This document shows positions 1 through 5,567 of a DNA stretch of 10,092 nucleotides, piece by piece. A program made the translations under genes and the position numbers. The DNA is from an uncultured bacterium (GTDB taxonomy: Bacteria; T1Sed10-126). Within the stretch, counting starts at the first letter, position 1. Every line of letters begins with the position of its first letter. The stretch is taken from the NCBI GenBank assembly GCA_964566495.1, contig CAZMIT010000050.1, forward strand, positions 1 through 10,092, read 5' to 3'. Under the pieces are notes generated by a model, which was not told the DNA's origin, did not search any database, and saw nothing but the letters and a program-made list of their open reading frames with translations.

Positions 1-73
1 ACTGCGTCCTTTCCTCGGTCGCATCTGTTAGCTACAATTCGTTAGAAAGTTGTGGTTTGTTAGTTAATCCTTT

Positions 74-102
74 TTTATAATTTTTTATCAAGCGCAGTTC
101 AA
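74..102 (-). promoter_or_regulatory. Sigma70-like promoter for a gene at or beyond the left edge
   Basis: Minus strand TTGAAC (102-97), 17 bp spacer, TATAAA (79-74) in an AT-rich intergenic region. Confidence 0.45.
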
Positions 103-123
103 AACCTGTGTAAAATCGTTAAC

Positions 124-153
124 ATGGATTGCCGGTCGGTGTCCGCAATGACG
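124..153. repeat. CGTC-tag type palindromic repeat (REP-like)
   Basis: ATGGATTGCCGGTCGGTGTCCGCAATGACG; the minus strand begins CGTCATTGC and ends GCAATCCAT. It is 22/29 identical to 5481-5509. Confidence 0.65.
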
Positions 154-208
154 AACACTTGGTCCAACCCACGATGATAACAGGGACAGCAAACAAGTCC
201 GCTTGTTA

Positions 209-1408
209 TTAACGGTCGTCGAGAATTTCGATACCGGGCAGTTTCTGACCGCGAACCAGTTCAAGAGAAGCGCCGCCGCCCGTAGAAACGTGATAAAAAT
301 CATCAGTAAACCCGGCCATCTCAACGGCACTGGCGCTATCCCCACCGCCGACGATAACGCGGGCATCAAGGCCGGCCAGCTCTTGGGCAACTCTTGTCGT
401 CCCCTCGGCGAATTCCGGGGCATAATCAAAAGCCCCAAAGGGACCGTTCCAGAAGACCAGATTAGCCACCCGGAGACGGGTTAAGAACATTTCCAGCGTC
501 CGCGGCCCAATGTCCATGCCTTCCCAGCCGGGAGCTATTTCATCAGTTTTGGTAACCCTTGTTTCAAGCTTCTCAGACTCAGTATTCATCACGACATTGT
601 CGACGGGAAGAACGAGCTCACCGCGGTAGCTGTCACGATTTTCCAGAATCCGCCGGGCTTCGTCGACAAAATCGGGTTCGACCATCGACTCGCCGACATC
701 ACCGCCACGGGCGACAGCAAAAGTATAAGCCATAGCGCCCCCGACAAGAACAATGTCAGCTTTTTCAAGGAAATGTTCAATGACAGGCAGTTTGTCACTT
801 ATCTTAGCACCGCCAAGCAGAGCGACAAAGGGGCGCTCGGGATTGTCCCGGGCCTCGGTTAATTTTTCAAACTCCCGTTCAAGCAAATAACCACCAACCG
901 CCGGACGTAGATGCTCGGCGACGCCGGTCATTGAGGCATGTGCCCGGTGGGCAGTGCCAAAAGCGTCGCTAACAAATAGGTCGCCAAACCGAGCCAACTG
1001 TTCGGCGAATTGTGAGTCGTTAGCCTTTTCCCCCGGCTGAAAACGCAAATTTTCCAGCAGTCCGACCTGGCCAACTTCCAGTTCAGAAACCATCGCTTCC
1101 GCGGAGGAATTGACAGTATCTGTAGCGGTTAGAACCTTGCAATCCAGTAGATTTTCGAGCGGCTCAACTACCGGCTGCAGCCGGTATTCTTCTACAACTT
1201 CTCCGCCGGGGCGACCGAGGTGACTCATTAAGACGGGAATAGCTCCTGCCTCCAATAAATGACTAATTGTCGGAACAGCAGCTTGCAGACGAGTTGCGTC
1301 AGTTACCCGGCCGTGGTCATCCAGGGGGACGTTAAAATCGACCCGAACCAGCACTTTTTTCCCTTCAAGTTCGAACAAATCATCAACAGTTTTCTTAGGA
1401 AATTTCAT
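209..1408 (-). CDS. pgk: Phosphoglycerate kinase
   Basis: 399 aa ORF with PGK motifs RVDFNVP, SHLGRP, LLENLRF, DAFGTAHRAHAS, GGAKISDK, WNGP, GGGDS and HVSTGGGASLE. It lies 16 bp downstream of gap. Confidence 0.99.
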   Translation of the reverse strand: MKFPKKTVDDLFELEGKKVLVRVDFNVPLDDHGRVTDATRLQAAVPTISHLLEAGAIPVLMSHLGRPGGEVVEEYRLQPVVEPLENLLDCKVLTATDTVNSSAEAMVSELEVGQVGLLENLRFQPGEKANDSQFAEQLARFGDLFVSDAFGTAHRAHASMTGVAEHLRPAVGGYLLEREFEKLTEARDNPERPFVALLGGAKISDKLPVIEHFLEKADIVLVGGAMAYTFAVARGGDVGESMVEPDFVDEARRILENRDSYRGELVLPVDNVVMNTESEKLETRVTKTDEIAPGWEGMDIGPRTLEMFLTRLRVANLVFWNGPFGAFDYAPEFAEGTTRVAQELAGLDARVIVGGGDSASAVEMAGFTDDFYHVSTGGGASLELVRGQKLPGIEILDDR

Positions 1409-1424
1409 TTTTTACAGCTCCCGG

Positions 1425-2420
1425 TCAGGTCACGATGTCGATGAGATCAATCATGCGACAGGAGTAGCCCCACTCGTTGTCATACCAGGCCAACACCTTG
1501 ACATGGTTGTCATTCATAACCATGGTCTTCTCGGCGTCGACAATAGAAGAATGGGGGTTACCGATATAATCGGAGGAGACGAGTTCCTCCTCTGTATAAT
1601 CGAGAATACCATTCAGCTCGCCCGCGGCAGCTTCTTTAAAGGCGGCGTTAACATCTTCTGCGGTAACTGACTGAGAGACCTGGGCAGCCAGGTCAACAAT
1701 AGAACCGTCGGGCACCGGTACGCGCAGGGCCATGCCATCCAGTCGCCCTTCAAGTTCAGGCAATACCTCGGTAGTCGCTTTGGCAGCCCCGGTTGAGGTT
1801 GGAATAATGGAGACAGCGGCGGCCCGCATACGTCGATAATCCTTGCCTGCCGGACCGTCCAGTATGTTCTGGGTTGAGGTGTAAGCGTGGGTAGTTGTAA
1901 CAACCCCGGACTCGACACCAAATTTATCGTGCAATACCTTGACCACCGGTGCCAGGCAGTTGGTAGTGCAAGAAGCATTGCTAATTATAGCATCGCTGTC
2001 GGGATCATATTCATCATCATTAACCCCGATAACTGTGGTTAAGTCGGGATCCGTGGCCGGAGCTGAGATCAGAACTTTGTCGGCCCCGGCTTCGAGATGT
2101 TTGCTAGCTCCTGCCCGATCACGAAAAACACCGGTTGATTCAAGCACGACATCGACTCCCAGCTCCTCCCAGGGGAGCTCAGCCGGGTCTTTGACGGAAA
2201 GAAGTTTAACTGACTTGTCTCCGACAATCATTTCCTCGCCGTTTAATTTGACATCTTTTTCATAAGTCCCGTGAACTGAATCGTATTTAAACAGATGAAC
2301 CATTCGATCACGAGGCGCTATATCGTTGATAGCAACAATTTCACGTCCTTCGTCTAAGGCGGCTCTCACCACCATACGACCAATTCTACCAAAACCGTTC
2401 ACTGCAATCCTTGTTGTCAT
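1425..2420 (-). CDS. gap: Type I glyceraldehyde-3-phosphate dehydrogenase (likely NAD-dependent)
   Basis: 331 aa ORF with NGFGRIGR, catalytic ASCTTNCLAP, IIPTSTGAAKA and WYDNEWGYS. RBS GGAGGG lies 6 nt upstream of the ATG. The IND Asp and DGP Pro fit NAD specificity. Confidence 0.99.
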   Translation of the reverse strand: MTTRIAVNGFGRIGRMVVRAALDEGREIVAINDIAPRDRMVHLFKYDSVHGTYEKDVKLNGEEMIVGDKSVKLLSVKDPAELPWEELGVDVVLESTGVFRDRAGASKHLEAGADKVLISAPATDPDLTTVIGVNDDEYDPDSDAIISNASCTTNCLAPVVKVLHDKFGVESGVVTTTHAYTSTQNILDGPAGKDYRRMRAAAVSIIPTSTGAAKATTEVLPELEGRLDGMALRVPVPDGSIVDLAAQVSQSVTAEDVNAAFKEAAAGELNGILDYTEEELVSSDYIGNPHSSIVDAEKTMVMNDNHVKVLAWYDNEWGYSCRMIDLIDIVT

Positions 2421-2444
2421 TGCAATCCCTCCGTTAAAGATTAA

Positions 2445-2762
2445 TTAAGATTCCTTGTCAAATGCTTCTCTTACTTTGCGTTTTAAGGTCTTCCCAGCTC
2501 TGAACTTTGGCACACTGCGTTCCGGTATATCGATCTCCTTTTCATGATCACGCGGGTCGACACCGCGACGACCACGGTGCTGCTGGACCTCAAAAGAACC
2601 AAAACCATGCAGTGAAACTCGACTGTCCGGCGAGCTGGTCAGCTGTTCACCTATTAAGTCAATTAACTCATCCAGCATACGCTTACACCGGCGGTTAGAT
2701 ACGTCAAGCCGGGAAGCCAGCTTTTCGATCAATTCCGAGGTCGTGAGCTTGTCCTTGCTCAA
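2445..2762 (-). CDS. hup: HU/IHF-family nucleoid-associated DNA-binding protein (~105 aa)
   Basis: Motifs ELIEKLA, RVSLHGFGSFEV and RRGVDPR...IDIPERSVPKFRAGKTLK. Start moved from the ORF-track ATG (2816) to TTG at 2762 because AGGGGGGA precedes it and a perfect TATAAT overlaps the 2816 ATG. Confidence 0.9.
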   Translation of the reverse strand: MSKDKLTTSELIEKLASRLDVSNRRCKRMLDELIDLIGEQLTSSPDSRVSLHGFGSFEVQQHRGRRGVDPRDHEKEIDIPERSVPKFRAGKTLKRKVREAFDKES

Positions 2763-2814
2763 AATTATCCCCCCTGTGAGTTTAAGAGTTAAACCCTCAT
2801 TATCCTTGGCAATC

Positions 2815-2843
2815 ATTATAAAAAAATTGTTTACTAAATGAAA
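2815..2843 (-). promoter_or_regulatory. Sigma70-like promoter for hup-gap-pgk
   Basis: Perfect TATAAT (2820-2815) with a weak -35 TTTCAT 17 bp upstream, about 50 nt before the TTG start. Confidence 0.5.
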
Positions 2844-2929
2844 GAGCTAAGCCAAATTATTGCCAAAAAAGTTTTAGCCCCAAGCCTATCCGCAGTCTTA
2901 CCACATCCTGATCTAAAACCTACCGAAAC

Positions 2930-2969
2930 TTCTCCCCTCCCCTGGAGGAGGGAATTAAGGGGGGAGGAA
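2930..2969. repeat. C-rich/G-rich imperfect palindrome (REP-like or terminator-like hairpin)
   Basis: TTCTCCCCTCCCCTGGAGGAGGGAATTAAGGGGGGAGGAA: a pyrimidine arm able to pair with either of two purine arms. Confidence 0.45.
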
Positions 2970-2990
2970 TTTTTGGAGACCGCTTCGTGA

Positions 2991-3195
2991 GGTTCTGCCC
3001 CTAATTTCTGGAGCGTTGACTTAACGTTTAGCAGGATGTAAGCGAATAACGTGCCGGGTTTTGACCTATTGGTGGGCCGCGCGGACCCCGCGTTAATTGT
3101 TCAAACAGAGTAGCTTGCTACAAAAATGAGCTCCATTTTTGACAGATGAATCTGTGAAAGAGAGAATGAAGGTTAGAATATATTGGGGCAGAACC
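2991..3195. mobile_element. Putative MITE or internally deleted IS remnant (~205 bp)
   Basis: Perfect 11 bp terminal inverted repeats GGTTCTGCCCC (2991-3001) and GGGGCAGAACC (3185-3195), extending imperfectly to about 20 bp. No transposase ORF inside and no clean target-site duplication. Confidence 0.5.
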
Positions 3196-3242
3196 AAGCA
3201 ACAGAACAGTGTCGTGAGGTAGAACTGCGAGCAAGACTCCCT

Positions 3243-4070
3243 TTAGCCAAGCAGTTGGGACGCGGTGGAACCCTGCAGGTTCATCGCCTGTCCGAGCGTC
3301 GAGACACCCGCCTGTGTGGTAATCTGATCCTGGGCGAGCTCAGTTGCCTCCGCGGCCATATCAGCGTCGCGGATTTGACTTTCAGAAGCCATGATGTTCT
3401 CTTCCATCACCTGGAGAAAGTCAATTGCTCCCTCGAGCCGGTTTTGCACAGAACCGATGTTAGCGCGTTCAGTGGAAACTTGATTTATAGCCGTATTAAG
3501 GGTTTCAATAGCCTCTCCGGCGCCGCCTTCCTCAGTTACGTCAATTTCATCGACTCCAAGCGCTTCCGTGCTCATCTCGGAAATAGAAATTGAAACCGTT
3601 TCGTCGCGATCAGGTCCGGCATGCAGTTCAATTGCAGCCTCGGCATCGCCGCTCAACAGCTCTTGCTCATTAAAGGACACAGTTTCAACGGAGCGATCAA
3701 TCTCCTCCATAATCTGATCCATCTCCGCCTGGATCGCCGAGCGCCCGGCCTCACCTGTGATATCGTTAGAAGCCTGTATTGACAGCTCGCGCATGCGTTG
3801 CAGATTAGACTGTATTCCCTGGACGCCTCCTTCAGCGGTCTGGAGCATAGATACGCCGTCCTGGAGGTTCTGCACTGACTGAGAGGTCCCACGGATCTGG
3901 GCGCTCATACCCTCCGATATAGCCAGCCCTGCGGCATCATCGGCGGCAGTATTTATCTGCAGTGCGGAAGCCATCCGATTCAGACGAGTTTCCATATCAC
4001 TGGCTGAACTGGAAATATGTCGCTGTGCGGAGAGAGCGTTCAGGTTGGTGTTAATTGATAGTGAAGACAT
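3243..4070 (-). CDS. fliC: Flagellin (minimal, D0/D1 only, 275 aa)
   Basis: N-terminal INTN...INTAADDAAGLAISE...QDGVSMLQTAEG...LQRMRELSIQASN and C-terminal RANIGSVQNRLE...ENIMASESQIRDADMA...LLG flagellin motifs. Strong RBS GGAGGAG. Confidence 0.96.
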   Translation of the reverse strand: MSSLSINTNLNALSAQRHISSSASDMETRLNRMASALQINTAADDAAGLAISEGMSAQIRGTSQSVQNLQDGVSMLQTAEGGVQGIQSNLQRMRELSIQASNDITGEAGRSAIQAEMDQIMEEIDRSVETVSFNEQELLSGDAEAAIELHAGPDRDETVSISISEMSTEALGVDEIDVTEEGGAGEAIETLNTAINQVSTERANIGSVQNRLEGAIDFLQVMEENIMASESQIRDADMAAEATELAQDQITTQAGVSTLGQAMNLQGSTASQLLG

Positions 4071-4122
4071 GGTGATCTCCTCCCTGGATTAGTAAATATC
4101 CTGACATCCCTGTTTGTTCCAC
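4071..4122 (-). promoter_or_regulatory. Flagellin 5' leader with putative CsrA/RsmA-binding GGA motifs
   Basis: The leader reads ...GTGGAACAAACAGGGATGTCAGGATATTTACTAATCCAGGGAGGAGATCACC-ATG. It has several GGA motifs, one in an ACA-GGGA-TGT mini hairpin and one overlapping the RBS. Confidence 0.55.
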
Positions 4123-4127
4123 TACTA

Positions 4128-4156
4128 TTTATACTACATTTTGGCCAATTTTTCAA
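4128..4156 (-). promoter_or_regulatory. Sigma70-like promoter upstream of flagellin
   Basis: TTGAAA (4156-4151), 17 bp spacer, TATAAA (4133-4128). Confidence 0.5.
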
Positions 4157-4325
4157 GTTTTTTCTTGCTAAAAAGTAGAATAACGCCCTGAACCCGGAAT
4201 GATGTCGATAACTTTTGACTGATGCAAGGGCGATAACTTAAAGAGAAAGCGCCGGCAATAACGCACCTGTTGGAAGGTTTGAGCAGCTCAGGTTAGAGAG
4301 CGGGCAAGACACACAGGTAGGCGGG

Positions 4326-4706
4326 TTAGACATTTTCATCAAAACGACGGCTAATTACTTCTTCGTCTCTTCTTTCGCCCTGCATGTAGTGTTTTATTAG
4401 TTTGCCTGAATTGTCGAGCGACTCGATTTCACGTTTAATTTCGTTCATTCTCTGCTTGAACAATTCCTCAGTTTCTTCACGTAAGGAACGAAACTTGTTG
4501 AGAAGCTCTTTAAAACGGACCGAGGGTGAGGAATCCTCAACCTGGGAGATGATTTGCTCGACAAGTTCGTCCTGCTTAGAAATTTTTTCATCAATCTCAT
4601 CGGGCTCAATATGATCTGCCTGGAGAAGTGAGTGTATCTCCTCTTCGACGCGAATTAATCTCCGGCCTGCTTCCTCCGGGTCAACCGGTGAAGGAGATGT
4701 CGCCAT
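4326..4706 (-). CDS. FliT/FlgN-like all-helical flagellar chaperone (putative)
   Basis: ~126-130 aa charged, helical-looking ORF directly downstream of and overlapping fliS, the usual position of fliT. The start is uncertain (ATG 4706 or 4718). The call is from size, context and composition only. Confidence 0.55.
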   Translation of the reverse strand: MATSPSPVDPEEAGRRLIRVEEEIHSLLQADHIEPDEIDEKISKQDELVEQIISQVEDSSPSVRFKELLNKFRSLREETEELFKQRMNEIKREIESLDNSGKLIKHYMQGERRDEEVISRRFDENV

Positions 4707-5238
4707 AGGGAGATTCATCAGATTGTGAGGATTTTGAGCCGTCCGACGAGGATTGATTGGACGATGAGCTGGATTGCTCGCCCTGGACCCGGGAGTCAGT
4801 TTGGCTGGTTGCCCCGGCGAGATTGGAACGCCCCGTCTGCCTTTTTGCTTTTTCGTAGGTCATGCCCTTCTCGTTAATTATTTCATCCCAGGCCGAATAA
4901 AGGTCTTCCATTACTTCAAGAGCCTGCTCGATAAACTGGGGGTCCTTTTTAACGTTACTTTGGACAAGACTGTGCAGGGTAAAGTCATAGAGCCGATAGA
5001 GGTTGTCGCCCGTCTCCCCCATAACATCCATATCCAGCGAGGCCATCAGCTCAGTCACGATATCCTGGGCCTTCAAATTCTTGTTGTGGCTCTTCTCGTA
5101 ATTATTGTTTTCCATAGCCTCCCGCGACTGTTTCATAAATTTAATTGCACCGTCGTAGAGCATCAGTAATATCTGCTCGCGCGATGCCGTATTGATTTGA
5201 GTGTTTTTATAGGCGTCCAGGGGATCGGAAGCCATCAT
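4681..5238 (-). CDS. fliS: Flagellin export chaperone FliS with Ser-rich C-terminal extension
   Basis: AYKNTQINTASREQILLMLYDGAIKF, KAQDIVTELMASLD, NLYRLYDF and LYSAWDEI are typical FliS motifs. RBS AGGAGG is present. Confidence 0.96.
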   Translation of the reverse strand: MMASDPLDAYKNTQINTASREQILLMLYDGAIKFMKQSREAMENNNYEKSHNKNLKAQDIVTELMASLDMDVMGETGDNLYRLYDFTLHSLVQSNVKKDPQFIEQALEVMEDLYSAWDEIINEKGMTYEKAKRQTGRSNLAGATSQTDSRVQGEQSSSSSNQSSSDGSKSSQSDESPYGDISFTG

Positions 5239-5312
5239 TTAGCCTCCTATATAGCTCAAAATGTCTGGTATTTGCACATTTATCGTTATCCAGTACATAC
5301 TTCGACATAGTT

Positions 5313-5340
5313 ATAATAAAAGTTAAGACTTAATTTTCAA
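5313..5340 (-). promoter_or_regulatory. Sigma70-like promoter upstream of fliS with a palindrome in the spacer
   Basis: TTGAAA (5340-5335), 16 bp spacer, TATTAT (5318-5313). The spacer contains TTAAG-A-CTTAA (5323-5333). Confidence 0.45.
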
Positions 5341-5377
5341 CCTCTCCTTACTTCCCACCAGAACCTACCGAACTCCC

Positions 5378-5510
5378 AGTCATTGCCGGGGACGTATAAC
5401 GTCCCAAGGCTTGACCCGGAATTAGATTAGTAATCGGTAATCAGTAACTTCAACATCGACTACCGATTACTTAATTTCAAATGGATTGTGGAGCGGCGCC
5501 CACAATGACT
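5378..5510. repeat. Composite palindromic repeat element (inverted pair of GTCATT-type REP-like units around an internal hairpin)
   Basis: Terminal inverted repeat AGTCATTG/CAATGACT. Left unit GTCATTGCCGGG...GCTTGACCCGGAAT, right unit ATGGATTGTGG...CCACAATGAC, and internal 11 bp inverted repeat AGTAATCGGTA (5429-5439)/TACCGATTACT (5461-5471). Confidence 0.65.
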
Positions 5511-5567
5511 ATAGATACGTCAAATCAAAAATAATGCCGTAGCCGCCAAGCAAGCACAAAAATTATA

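Noticed and set aside
1..24. Possible start of a minus-strand CDS (MRPRKGRS...) or a small hairpin with a GGA loop at the left edge
   Set aside because: Only 8 codons are visible and there is no RBS upstream. GAGGAAAGGA may instead be the RBS of a gene starting outside the window. It does not match RNase P or c-di-GMP riboswitch consensus well enough.
192..207. Hairpin AACAAG-TCCG-CTTGTT just after the pgk stop as an intrinsic terminator
   Set aside because: The stem is short and AT-rich with no clear U-tract, too weak to call.
88..2698. Alternative-frame and antisense ORFs over pgk, gap and hup (88-438, 203-484, 589-798, 1259-1444, 1613-1978, 1939-2265, 2507-2698)
   Set aside because: They overlap well-supported conserved genes and have no recognisable motifs, so they are shadow ORFs.
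2763..2816. 18-residue N-terminal extension of HU
   Set aside because: No RBS at 2816 and the ATG overlaps a TATAAT box. TTG 2762 has a good RBS.
2851..2865. Sigma54-like TGGCAA-N5-TGGC on the minus strand upstream of hup
   Set aside because: The GG-N10-GC spacing fits, but both boxes deviate from consensus and a perfect sigma70 -10 lies closer to the gene.
4204..4236. Sigma28-like -10 boxes GTCGATAA and GGCGATAA near flagellin
   Set aside because: They are on the + strand, pointing away from fliC, and lack a properly spaced TAAA. They are reported instead as part of the ATAAC array.
3183..5169. ORFs 3183-3593 (+), 3653-3892 (-), 4402-4614 (+) and 4774-5169 (+)
   Set aside because: Antisense or out-of-frame shadows of fliC, the fliT-like gene and fliS.
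2817..5567. CRISPR array, tRNA or rRNA in the intergenic regions
   Set aside because: No regularly spaced long repeats with unique spacers, no cloverleaf with T-loop motif, and no rRNA signatures were seen.
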